A stretch of 64,000 bases of DNA, from the NCBI RefSeq assembly GCF_050873445.1, contig NZ_JBNMIU010000004.1:2092-66091 (forward strand). Reading direction: 5' to 3'. This document shows, one piece after another, positions 18,765 through 26,918 of the stretch (the stretch's first letter is position 1; each line of letters opens with the position of its first letter). The DNA comes from Acidaminococcus sp. (GTDB lineage: Bacteria > Bacillota > Negativicutes > Acidaminococcales > Acidaminococcaceae). Made by a program: the position numbers and the translations under genes. Under the pieces are notes generated by a model. It was not told the DNA's origin. It made no database searches and worked only from the letters and a program-made list of their open reading frames with translations.

Positions 18765-19127
18765 ATGGTTACTCTGAAAAAAGTGGCGGAAACACTGGGA
18801 GCTCAGGTGGTTTTGGGGCAGGAATCCCTGAACCGCACGGTGAGTTCCGCCTGTGGCAGTGACATGATGAGCGATGTGCTGGCCTATGCGAAGAATGATG
18901 CAGTGCTGCTCACAGGTCTGCTCAATGTACAGGTGGTGCGCACGGCAGATGTGAGTGATGCTGCAGCTCTGATTTTCGTCCGGGATAAGCATCCGGAAAA
19001 CGATGTGCTGCTGGCGGCCCGGGATAAGAACATACCCGTGCTGTATACCCGCTGTACCATGTTCGAAGCATGCGGCCGGCTGTATGGACTGGGTCTGCGG
19101 GGCTGTACTGCTAAGGACAGGAAATAA
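18765..19127 (+). CDS. DRTGG domain protein (small, stand-alone)
   Basis: 120 aa: ...CGSDMMSDVLAYAKNDAVLLTGLLNVQVVRTA...IPVLYT...FEACGRLY, typical of small DRTGG proteins. GGGAGG is 8 nt before the ATG. The gap to the regulator stop is 18 nt. Confidence 0.75.
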   Translation: MVTLKKVAETLGAQVVLGQESLNRTVSSACGSDMMSDVLAYAKNDAVLLTGLLNVQVVRTADVSDAAALIFVRDKHPENDVLLAARDKNIPVLYTRCTMFEACGRLYGLGLRGCTAKDRK

Positions 19128-19130
19128 GGG

Positions 19131-19547
19131 ATGGAAGAAACCTATACCGTCATCCCGGATGACTTCGAACGGGCCGGTGCGGCGTCCACATCTCTGAAAG
19201 GCACCCTGAAACAGCTGGGGCTGTCTCCGGAGCTGATTCGCCGGATTGCCATCGGTACCTATGAAGGTGAGATGAACTGCCTGATTCATGGCGGCGGCGG
19301 TACCATCCGGGCCGAACTGAGCCCTCAAGCCATCCAGGTGATTATCGAGGATAACGGTCCCGGCATCCCGGATGTGCAGAAGGCCATGCAGGAAGGATGG
19401 TCCACCGCTTCGGCTGAAATCCGGGCTATGGGTTTTGGCGCCGGCATGGGACTGCCCAATATGAAAAAGGTGTCGGACGAAATGCAGATCGCTACCCAAG
19501 TGGGGAAAGGGACGAAGGTCACTCTGACGTTCAAGCTGCCTCATTGA
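19131..19547 (+). CDS. HATPase_c-type ATP-binding protein (anti-sigma-factor/Ser-Thr kinase-like)
   Basis: 138 aa with an N-box-like EGEMNCLIHG, G1 box EDNGPGIPD and G2 box GFGAGMGLPN. Confidence 0.75.
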   Translation: MEETYTVIPDDFERAGAASTSLKGTLKQLGLSPELIRRIAIGTYEGEMNCLIHGGGGTIRAELSPQAIQVIIEDNGPGIPDVQKAMQEGWSTASAEIRAMGFGAGMGLPNMKKVSDEMQIATQVGKGTKVTLTFKLPH

Positions 19548-19576
19548 GAAAGACTGCGGGAGGGAGGTGAAGCGGG

Positions 19577-20872
19577 ATGACAGAACCTTATCTGAATTCG
19601 GTGCGGGTAGACAGGGAACGCTGTACCGGCTGCCTGATCTGTGTGAAAGAATGTCTGGTACAGGCCATCCGGGTCAGAAACGGCAAAGCGGAAATCCTGT
19701 CGGACAAATGCATCGACTGCGGAGAATGCATCCGCTGCTGCCCGGTGCGGGCCATGGAAGGCTGGGCCGATTCCCTGGATGAACTGAAGAAGTATAAGGT
19801 GAACATCGCTCTGGCCACCCCCTCTTTCTATGCCCAGTTCGATGGCAACATTGCGGCTTCAGTAATCTGGGAGGGCCTGCGGGAGCTGGGCTTTGACACT
19901 GTCTTTGATGTAGCCCTGGCCGGGGACTACGTGAGCCGGGAAATGGAAGGGTATATTGGCCGTTACAGGGGACCGTTCCCGCTGATTTCCTCAGCCTGTC
20001 CGGCAGTGCTGCGGCTGATCCAGACCAGGTATCCGGAACTGGTGAAGCAGGTGCTGCCCATCCTGGCTCCGGCAGAGGCGGCGGCCATCTATACCCGGAG
20101 AGAGACCACCCGGCGGCTGAAAGTGGCCCCGGAGCAGGTGGGAATCTGGTTCATCTCCCCCTGCCCCTCCAAGGGAACCAACATCCATCAGTCCGTGGAT
20201 GTGGCTCATACGGCTGTCACTGGCTCCTTTACCATCGCCTCCATCTATGGGCCGCTTACCAAGGCCATCAAGCATGTGCAGGAAACCCGGTATGAGGTGC
20301 CGGAGGCCATCCTGGGTTCCTCATACAGTCTCAGCTGGGGCAGCTGGCAGGGTGAACTGGAATCCACCGGAGTGACCGATGCCGTATGTGCCCAGGGGCC
20401 TGAGGAAGTGGATGAACTGCTGGAACAGATCAGCATGGCAAAGCTGAACGATGTGCGGTATGCCTGCTGCTACAGCTGTGCTGGCGGCTGTGTGGGCGGA
20501 CCTTGCGTGGCCGTCAACAAGTTTGTGGCCGCAAAGAATCTGCGGGTGCGGGTGGGGCGGCGCCGGAGCCGGGAAAGTCCCGACCGGCAGGAGACGATGC
20601 AGAACTGCCGGATCCTGGAGGATTTTCCTGCCTCCTGGCGTTACATCAAGCCTCTGGAACCCAGGCCCCATCCGCCTTTGGCGGAAGATTTCGGGGAGGC
20701 ACTGGAAAAGATGCAGCAGCTGAAAGCCCTGGAGCAGGAATTTCCCCAGCTGGACTGCGGAGCCTGTGGTGCTCCGACCTGTAAGGCTTTTGCGGAAGAT
20801 GTGGTTCGGGGACTGGGGCAGAAAGACGATTGTATCTTTCTGCGGAAAAAACAGCAAAAAAAAGAAAAATAG
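19577..20872 (+). CDS. 2x[4Fe-4S] ferredoxin / [FeFe]-hydrogenase large-subunit-like domain / C-terminal RnfB-type FeS domain protein
   Basis: CTGCLICVKEC and CIDCGECIRCCP ferredoxin motifs. H-cluster-like motifs are SSACP (A140-C141), SPCPSK (C196, K199) and CAGGCVGGP (C301, C305). C-terminal motif is LDCGACGAPTCKAFAEDV...DC. Confidence 0.8.
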   Translation: MTEPYLNSVRVDRERCTGCLICVKECLVQAIRVRNGKAEILSDKCIDCGECIRCCPVRAMEGWADSLDELKKYKVNIALATPSFYAQFDGNIAASVIWEGLRELGFDTVFDVALAGDYVSREMEGYIGRYRGPFPLISSACPAVLRLIQTRYPELVKQVLPILAPAEAAAIYTRRETTRRLKVAPEQVGIWFISPCPSKGTNIHQSVDVAHTAVTGSFTIASIYGPLTKAIKHVQETRYEVPEAILGSSYSLSWGSWQGELESTGVTDAVCAQGPEEVDELLEQISMAKLNDVRYACCYSCAGGCVGGPCVAVNKFVAAKNLRVRVGRRRSRESPDRQETMQNCRILEDFPASWRYIKPLEPRPHPPLAEDFGEALEKMQQLKALEQEFPQLDCGACGAPTCKAFAEDVVRGLGQKDDCIFLRKKQQKKEK

Positions 20873-20946
20873 AGAGAAGGTGATAGAAAAGACAGGGAAA
20901 CAGCTACTATTCCGACAATTTCATCGGGTAAAATAGGGGTTTTCCC

Positions 20947-20975
20947 TTGCAAGTTTCATGAAATATTGCTATTAT
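20947..20975 (+). promoter_or_regulatory. Sigma-70-like promoter (TTGCAA-17-TATTAT)
   Basis: TTGCAA at 20947-20952, 17 nt spacer, TATTAT at 20970-20975. Confidence 0.45.
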
Positions 20976-21052
20976 TTATGACGAAGATTCTAAATTTAAA
21001 TATTCAGACAGAAAAGAATTGCCTGGAGAACAGGCAACAGGAGGAAAAGCAA

Positions 21053-22576
21053 ATGATCGATATTACAGATCGAGTCCATTGTGCGGCTGCGCTGAGCAAA
21101 ATCATGCCTGCAGAAAAAGCAGCCGAATTCATTCAGGATGGCATGAACCTGGGTATGAGCGGTTTCACCCCGTCCGGCTATCCCAAAGCTGTGCCCCTGG
21201 CACTGGCTGCCAGAGGGAAGGAACATCCTTTCAAAGTGAATGTATGGACAGTGCTTGCCGGTCCTGAAGTCGATACCGAAATGGTGAAAGCCGGTATCGT
21301 AGGGAACCGGATGCCTTATCAGACGGATAAGAACTGCCGGAATGCCATCAACAACGGCCAGATCAAATATCTGGATACCCATATCAGTACGTTCAATCAA
21401 ATGGCCCGGTTCGGTTTCCTGCCGGATCACCGGGACGTGGATGTAGCTATCATCGAAGCCTGCGCTATCAAGGATCTGGGCAAGGGCAAAATCGGCATTA
21501 TCCCCACCACCAGCCTGGGCGGCAGCTGCAGCTATGTGCAGAGCGCCAAGAAGGTTATCGTGGAAGTGAATACTACTCAGCCTGTGGGCCTGGAAGGGAT
21601 GCACGACTGCTACGTACCGCTGGATCCTCCTTACCGGAAGATTATCCCCATTGAAAAACCGGAAGACCGGATTGGTACCACCTATATCCCCTGCGACCTG
21701 GATAAACTGGTGGCCATCGTTCCCTGCGACATCCCTGATACCCCCAGCAAACTGGCTCCCATCAGCGACATCGCCCGGGCCATGGGTGCCAATCTGGTGG
21801 ATTTCTTGAAGAATGAAGTGAAACAGGGCCGTCTGCCCAAGAATCTGCTTCCCCTGCAATCCGGTGTAGGCTCTGTAGCCAATGCTGTGATCAACGGTCT
21901 GGTCCATTCCGATTTCGAAGATTTGACGGTATATACCGAAGTCATTCAGGATGGCATGTTCGATCTGATCGATGCCGGCAAACTACGTGTGGCTTCCGGG
22001 GCTTCCTTGACCATGTCCGCCGAAGTGCAGAAACGGTTCTACAGCAATCTGGAAAAATATAAATCCCATCTGATTCTGCGGCCTCAGGAAATCTCCAACA
22101 ACCCTGAAGTGGTACGGCGCTTGGGTATTATCGGCATGAACACCGCTATCGAAGTGGACCTGTACGGCAACGTGAACTCTTCCCATATCTGCGGGACCAA
22201 TCTGATGAACGGCATCGGCGGCAGCGGTGATTTCGCCCGGAACGGGTATCTGTCCATCTTCTTTGCCGAATCGGAACGGAAAGACGGCAAGATCAGTTCT
22301 GTGGTTCCCTTCTGCTCTCACATCGACAACAACGAACACGATGTGGATGTTATCGTTTCTGAACGTGGCGTAGCCGATCTGCGTGGACTGTCTCCGAAAG
22401 AAAGAGCTCCGATCATCATTGACAAGATTGCCAGCCCGCGGTATCAGCCTCTGCTGAAAGATTATTTCGAACGGGCCTGCGTTGCCTGCCATAACAGCCA
22501 GACACCCCATATCCTCAAAGAAGCCTTCTCTTTCCATGAAAGAATGTTGGAAACCGGCACCATGGAGAAAAAATAA
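21053..22576 (+). CDS. Acetyl-CoA hydrolase/transferase family protein, succinate/propionate-type CoA-transferase (ScpC/Cat1/ASCT-like)
   Basis: 507 aa. N-terminus ...AAEFIQDGMNLGMSGFTPSGYPKAVP... and C-terminal ...GMNTAIEVDLYGNVNS...NGIGGSGDFARN are typical of the family. AGGAGG is 8 nt before the ATG at 21053. Confidence 0.8.
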   Translation: MIDITDRVHCAAALSKIMPAEKAAEFIQDGMNLGMSGFTPSGYPKAVPLALAARGKEHPFKVNVWTVLAGPEVDTEMVKAGIVGNRMPYQTDKNCRNAINNGQIKYLDTHISTFNQMARFGFLPDHRDVDVAIIEACAIKDLGKGKIGIIPTTSLGGSCSYVQSAKKVIVEVNTTQPVGLEGMHDCYVPLDPPYRKIIPIEKPEDRIGTTYIPCDLDKLVAIVPCDIPDTPSKLAPISDIARAMGANLVDFLKNEVKQGRLPKNLLPLQSGVGSVANAVINGLVHSDFEDLTVYTEVIQDGMFDLIDAGKLRVASGASLTMSAEVQKRFYSNLEKYKSHLILRPQEISNNPEVVRRLGIIGMNTAIEVDLYGNVNSSHICGTNLMNGIGGSGDFARNGYLSIFFAESERKDGKISSVVPFCSHIDNNEHDVDVIVSERGVADLRGLSPKERAPIIIDKIASPRYQPLLKDYFERACVACHNSQTPHILKEAFSFHERMLETGTMEKK

Positions 22577-22688
22577 TTCATAGTGCCACGAAATTTTCGG
22601 AAAACAGGTGGTAACAGGCTCGAATTTATGTTACAATTACCATGTTTTATTTTCGTTGGAACCATGAAGTCTCAGGAGGTGCATATTT

Positions 22689-24215
22689 TTGACAACAAGA
22701 GAAAAAATCGATGATATGTTTGCGCGCTACGAGAAGATCGAAGCGGGCGGCGGCGCCAAAAGAGTAGGGAAACAACACGATGCGGGTAAAATGACAGCCC
22801 GTGAACGTATAAACTCGTTCTTAGATGAGGGAAGTTTTGTAGAACTCGATAAATTTGTGGAACATCGGTGCTCTAACTTCGGCCAGGAAAAGAAATATCT
22901 GGCCGGAGACGGGGTTGTCACCGGCTATGGTACGGTGAACGGCCGCACGGTGTTCGTGTTTGCACAGGATTTCACTGTAGAAGGTGGATCCTTGGGTGAA
23001 ATGCATGCCAACAAGATCGCCAAGGTCCAGGCTATGGCTCTGAAAACCGGTGCTCCCATCGTGGGCATGGCGGATTCTGGCGGTGCCCGGATCCAGGAAG
23101 CTACTGATGCCCTGGCGGGTTTCGGCAAGATGTTCAAGCAGAACACCCTGGCTTCCGGCGTGATTCCCCAGATTTCTGCTATTATGGGACCCTGTGCCGG
23201 CGGTGCTGTATACAGCCCGGCTCTGACCGATTTCATTTACATGGTGAAGCGGAACTCCAAGATGTTCATCACCGGGCCGGAAGTGGTCAAGACCGTGACC
23301 GGCGAAGAAGTAGGCCAGGAAGACCTGGGAGGCACGTTCACCCACTGCACCCGCAGTGGTGTGGCCGACTTTCCTGCGGAAAACGATGCAGACTGCCTGG
23401 AACAGATCCGGTACCTGCTGAGTTTTCTGCCCAGCAACAACCGGGAAAATCCGCCGGTCTATGATACCGGCGACAGTGCCTACCGGATGGATGAAGAACT
23501 GAATACCATTATCCCTGATGATTCCCAGATGCCCTATGACATGTACAAAGTCATCCGCAGCATCGTAGATAATGGGGAATATGTAGAGCCTCATCGGATG
23601 TATGCCCGGAACATCATCACCTGTCTGGCCCGTCTGGACGGCTCCACGGTGGGAATTATTGCCAATCAGCCCCGGATCATGGCCGGCTGCCTGGATATCA
23701 ACGCATCTGACAAAGCCGCCCGGTTCATCCGGTTCTGTGATGCTTTTAAGATTCCTCTGATCAATATCGTGGATGTTCCCGGTTTCCTGCCGGGGACCAA
23801 CCAGGAATATGGCGGCATTATCCGCCACGGTGCCAAGATGCTGTATGCCTACTGCGAAGCCACGGTGCCCAAAATCACCCTGGTTACCCGGAAAGCCTAC
23901 GGCGGTGCCTATCTGGCCATGTGCGCCCAGGATCTGGGTGCGGATCATGTCATTGCCTGGCCTACGGCGGAAATCGCTGTCATGGGGCCTCAGGGAGCTG
24001 CCAAGATCATTTTCCGGCATGATCCGGATGTGGAACAGAAAACCCAGGAGTACATCACCAACTTCGCGACTCCGTACTATGCGGCGAAGCACGGGATGGT
24101 GGAAATGGTCATCGAACCCAAGACCACCCGTCCTACGCTGATCAAAGCATTGCGTATGTTAAAATCAAAGCAGGAAGACCGGCCAACGAAAAAACACGGT
24201 AACATTCCTCTGTGA
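22689..24215 (+). CDS. mmdA: Methylmalonyl-CoA decarboxylase alpha-subunit-like carboxyltransferase (the gene I recall being called gctM in A. fermentans)
   Basis: 508 aa. The N-terminus aligns by eye with the Veillonella MmdA sequence as I recall it (…KIEAGGGAKRVGKQHDAGKMTARERI…FVELD…VVTGYGTVNGR…FAQDFTVEGGSLGEMHA). TTG start with GGAGG upstream. Confidence 0.9.
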   Translation: MTTREKIDDMFARYEKIEAGGGAKRVGKQHDAGKMTARERINSFLDEGSFVELDKFVEHRCSNFGQEKKYLAGDGVVTGYGTVNGRTVFVFAQDFTVEGGSLGEMHANKIAKVQAMALKTGAPIVGMADSGGARIQEATDALAGFGKMFKQNTLASGVIPQISAIMGPCAGGAVYSPALTDFIYMVKRNSKMFITGPEVVKTVTGEEVGQEDLGGTFTHCTRSGVADFPAENDADCLEQIRYLLSFLPSNNRENPPVYDTGDSAYRMDEELNTIIPDDSQMPYDMYKVIRSIVDNGEYVEPHRMYARNIITCLARLDGSTVGIIANQPRIMAGCLDINASDKAARFIRFCDAFKIPLINIVDVPGFLPGTNQEYGGIIRHGAKMLYAYCEATVPKITLVTRKAYGGAYLAMCAQDLGADHVIAWPTAEIAVMGPQGAAKIIFRHDPDVEQKTQEYITNFATPYYAAKHGMVEMVIEPKTTRPTLIKALRMLKSKQEDRPTKKHGNIPL

Positions 24216-24271
24216 TTTTGATATAAACCATTTCAAACCATTCAGGTACAGGAAAGAGAGGTGAAACGTTC

Positions 24272-24598
24272 ATGACCAACAATCCTTGGCTGATTATGCT
24301 GATCAATATGACCATCGTATTCGGCGTGCTGATTGTTCTGGGTCTTTTGATGGTACTGATCCACGCCGTCGATCCGACGAAGAACAAGGCGAAGGGGAAA
24401 AAAAAGCCTGTTGTAGCTAAACCGGCAGCTTCGGCTGCAGCCAGCCAACGGCAGGAAGAAGAAAAAGTGGCAGCCATGGCTGCTGTCCTGGCAATGATCC
24501 AGGATGAGGACGACATGGTGGCCGCTGCACTGACGGCAGCCATTGCCGAGCACCAGAAGAAGATGGAACCGATGGCTCTGCCCCATCATTTCTTCTAA
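24272..24598 (+). CDS. gcdD: Na+-translocating decarboxylase delta subunit (OadG/GcdD family membrane anchor)
   Basis: 108 aa with a single N-terminal TM helix (WLIMLINMTIVFGVLIVLGLLMVLI). Positioned before the biotin carrier. Confidence 0.8.
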   Translation: MTNNPWLIMLINMTIVFGVLIVLGLLMVLIHAVDPTKNKAKGKKKPVVAKPAASAAASQRQEEEKVAAMAAVLAMIQDEDDMVAAALTAAIAEHQKKMEPMALPHHFF

Positions 24599-24672
24599 AC
24601 CATACAGATTGTTGAGGGACGATCTGTCAATCAAAATGCTTGCGTTTTACACAATTTAAGGAGGGTATTCTC

Positions 24673-25101
24673 ATGAGAAAATTCAATGTTAACGTTAACG
24701 GTACTGTTTACACTGTCGAAGTTGAAGAAGTTGGCGGCGCTGTAACCGCAGCTCCTGCTGCTCCCGCCGCTCCGGCTGCTGCTCCTGCTCCTGTAGCTGC
24801 TCCTGCTCCGGCTGCTGCTCCGGCCCCTGCTGCCGCTCCGGCTGCTGCTCCTGCTCCTGCTGCTAAACCGGCTGCTGCTGCTCCTGCTGGCGCTGTAACT
24901 GTAGAAGCTCCGATGCCCGGCAAGATCCTGTCCGTTAACGTGAAACCCGGCGACAAAGTGGAAGCTGGTGACGTGCTGCTGATCCTGGAAGCTATGAAGA
25001 TGCAGAACGAAATCATGGCTCCTGAAGATGGTACGGTTTCTGAAGTCCGCGTAAACGCTGGCGATACCGTAAGCACCGGCGACGTAATGGTAATTCTCTA
25101 A
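24673..25101 (+). CDS. gcdC: Biotin carrier subunit of glutaconyl-CoA decarboxylase
   Basis: 142 aa with a ~50-residue Ala/Pro linker and the biotinyl-lysine motif EAMKMQNEI. AAGGAGG is 8 nt before the ATG at 24673. Confidence 0.9.
   Translation: MRKFNVNVNGTVYTVEVEEVGGAVTAAPAAPAAPAAAPAPVAAPAPAAAPAPAAAPAAAPAPAAKPAAAAPAGAVTVEAPMPGKILSVNVKPGDKVEAGDVLLILEAMKMQNEIMAPEDGTVSEVRVNAGDTVSTGDVMVIL
24748..24890 (+). repeat. Low-complexity GCT/CCT/GCC/CCG tract encoding the GcdC Ala/Pro linker
   Basis: Reiterated gctcctgct / gctgctccggc units within the CDS. Translation is almost pure A/P, with one V and one K. Confidence 0.85.
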
Positions 25102-25134
25102 TACGTCTCCGTATCTAAAGGAGGATTTTAGAAC

Positions 25135-26262
25135 ATGGATGCTTTTGTGGTAGCCCTGACTTCTGTTATCAACGACAGTGGTTTCGTGGCTTTTACCTGG
25201 GGCAATGCCGTCATGATGCTGGTAGGTTGTATCCTGCTGTATCTGGCCATTGTCAAGGGGTTCGAACCCCTGCTGCTGAGCCCGATTGCCTTTGGGTGCA
25301 TTCTGGCCAACGTGCCCCGTACCGGTTTTGAAACCGATCCGGGCGTAATGCAGCTGATCCTGGGCGGGATCAAATACGAAATCTTCCCTCCGCTGATTTT
25401 CATGGGCGTAGGGGCAATGACTGACTTCGGTCCGCTGCTTGCCAACCCGAAGACCCTGCTGTTGGGCGCTGCTGCTCAGATCGGTGTGTTCGTCGCTCTG
25501 CTGGGCGCTATGCTGCTGGGCTTCAACGTACAGGAAGCTTCCGCTATCGGCATCATCGGCGGTGCTGACGGCCCGACTTCTATTTATCTGGCTTCCAAGA
25601 TGGCTCCCCATCTGTTGGGTGCCATTGCCGTAGCTGCTTATTCCTACATGTCTCTGGTGCCACTGATCCAGCCGCCTGTGATGAAGCTGTTCACTTCCGA
25701 GAAAGAACGCCGCATCAAAATGGCTCAGCTGCGTACGGTAACTCACTTCGAAAAAGTAGTGTTCCCAATCGTTGCCACCGTTTTCATTTCCCTGCTGCTG
25801 CCCTCCGTTTGCTCTCTGATTGGGATGCTGATGCTGGGCAACCTGTTCACCGAATCCGGCTGTATGGATCGTCTGTCTGACACGGCACAAAATGCCCTGA
25901 TGAACAGCGTAACCATCATGCTGGCTACCGGTACTGGCCTGACTATGAAGGCTGAAAGCTTCCTGACCGTACAGACCATTGAAATCATCTGCCTGGGTCT
26001 GGTTGCCTTTATCGGTGGTACTGCCGGCGGTGTGCTGTTTGGTAAACTGATGAGCCTCCTGGATGGCGGCAAGACCAATCCGCTGATTGGTTCTGCTGGT
26101 GTTTCCGCTGTGCCTATGGCTGCCCGTGTGTCCCAGGTTGTGGGACAACAGGCTGACCCCGGCAACTTCCTGCTGATGCATGCTATGGGTCCGAACGTGG
26201 CCGGCGTTATCGGTACGGCTGTTGCTGCCGGTACTATGCTGGCAATGGTTGGCTCGAAATAA
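25135..26262 (+). CDS. gcdB: Na+-pumping decarboxylase beta subunit (integral membrane)
   Basis: 375 aa polytopic protein of the OadB/MmdB/GcdB type. RBS AAAGGAGG lies upstream. Confidence 0.9.
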   Translation: MDAFVVALTSVINDSGFVAFTWGNAVMMLVGCILLYLAIVKGFEPLLLSPIAFGCILANVPRTGFETDPGVMQLILGGIKYEIFPPLIFMGVGAMTDFGPLLANPKTLLLGAAAQIGVFVALLGAMLLGFNVQEASAIGIIGGADGPTSIYLASKMAPHLLGAIAVAAYSYMSLVPLIQPPVMKLFTSEKERRIKMAQLRTVTHFEKVVFPIVATVFISLLLPSVCSLIGMLMLGNLFTESGCMDRLSDTAQNALMNSVTIMLATGTGLTMKAESFLTVQTIEIICLGLVAFIGGTAGGVLFGKLMSLLDGGKTNPLIGSAGVSAVPMAARVSQVVGQQADPGNFLLMHAMGPNVAGVIGTAVAAGTMLAMVGSK

Positions 26263-26284
26263 TCCAACCTGTACTTGAATGGTT

Positions 26285-26320
26285 AAAAGAGCTGTTGCTT
26301 CGGCAACAGCTCTTTTTTTA
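26285..26320 (+). terminator. Intrinsic terminator after gcdB
   Basis: AAAGAGCTGTTGC TTCG GCAACAGCTCTTT followed by a T-run. Confidence 0.85.
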
Positions 26321-26351
26321 TGGAAAAACGCCTTTCTATTGGAAAAAATTT

Positions 26352-26360
26352 TGTTATAAT
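26352..26360 (+). promoter_or_regulatory. Extended -10 promoter candidate (TGtTATAAT)
   Basis: TGT + TATAAT at 26352-26360, downstream of the gcdB terminator. Confidence 0.4.
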
Positions 26361-26408
26361 AAGAGAGATATTGCTTTTCGTGATGGAAATGGAGCAAAGG
26401 AGTCAAAT

Positions 26409-26906
26409 TTGGAAGCATACAAAGAATATTCAACAGTGAGCGCCAGCCGGAAGCTGCTGCAATGGACCACATTAGGATTCATTGCTCTGTCCTGGATCTA
26501 TGAGGGATACCATACCTTTGCCATGGGTCAGTTCAGCCTGATGGGATGGGGGTATAATGTCCTTTTTGTGATTCTGTGGGCTTGGCGCTGTCTGTACCGG
26601 TACAGTTATGAACTGACGGAACAGGAAATGATCATTGAGATGACGGGCCTGGGCATACGCCGTACCCTGCGCATTCCCCTGGATCAGATGGAAAGCTTCA
26701 CCAATCACTATAAGCGGAGTTTCTTTCGCAAGACCGCCATCAAAAGGTATGTTCGCCGGTATTCTTCCATTGATTCCCAGCCGGACCGGCTGCTGGTATA
26801 TCGGGATAAGGGAACTCTGTGCGGACTGCTGTTCAAATGCAGCGACCGGATGATCGACCTGCTGGCCCGGCGGTATCCCAATCAGTTTTTAGATTTTCCA
26901 GAATAA
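26409..26906 (+). CDS. Hypothetical membrane protein (two TM helices + soluble C-terminal domain)
   Basis: The track ORF 26295-26906 starts inside the terminator stem. An in-frame TTG at 26409 has AAGGAG 6 nt upstream. Start is uncertain. Confidence 0.55.
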   Translation: MEAYKEYSTVSASRKLLQWTTLGFIALSWIYEGYHTFAMGQFSLMGWGYNVLFVILWAWRCLYRYSYELTEQEMIIEMTGLGIRRTLRIPLDQMESFTNHYKRSFFRKTAIKRYVRRYSSIDSQPDRLLVYRDKGTLCGLLFKCSDRMIDLLARRYPNQFLDFPE

Positions 26907-26918
26907 AGGAGTAGAACC

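Noticed and set aside
19577-20872. Calling this gene a catalytic [FeFe] hydrogenase (hydA).
   Set aside because: The proton-relay Cys is replaced by Ala, the H-domain is shortened, and the usual C-terminal region is replaced by an FeS domain. No hydEFG or hydBC genes are nearby, and the neighbours are regulatory-type proteins.
20966-21052. N-terminal extension of the CoA-transferase ORF (MLLFMTKILNLNIQ...).
   Set aside because: The extension overlaps the TTGCAA-17-TATTAT promoter and its leader. AGGAGG lies in front of the ATG at 21053, and homologues start near MIDITDR.
24748-24890. Short tandem repeats that at first glance could be a VNTR or a CRISPR-like array.
   Set aside because: The units are 9-12 nt, imperfect and in frame. 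They encode the known Ala/Pro linker of the biotin carrier. There is no spacer/repeat architecture.
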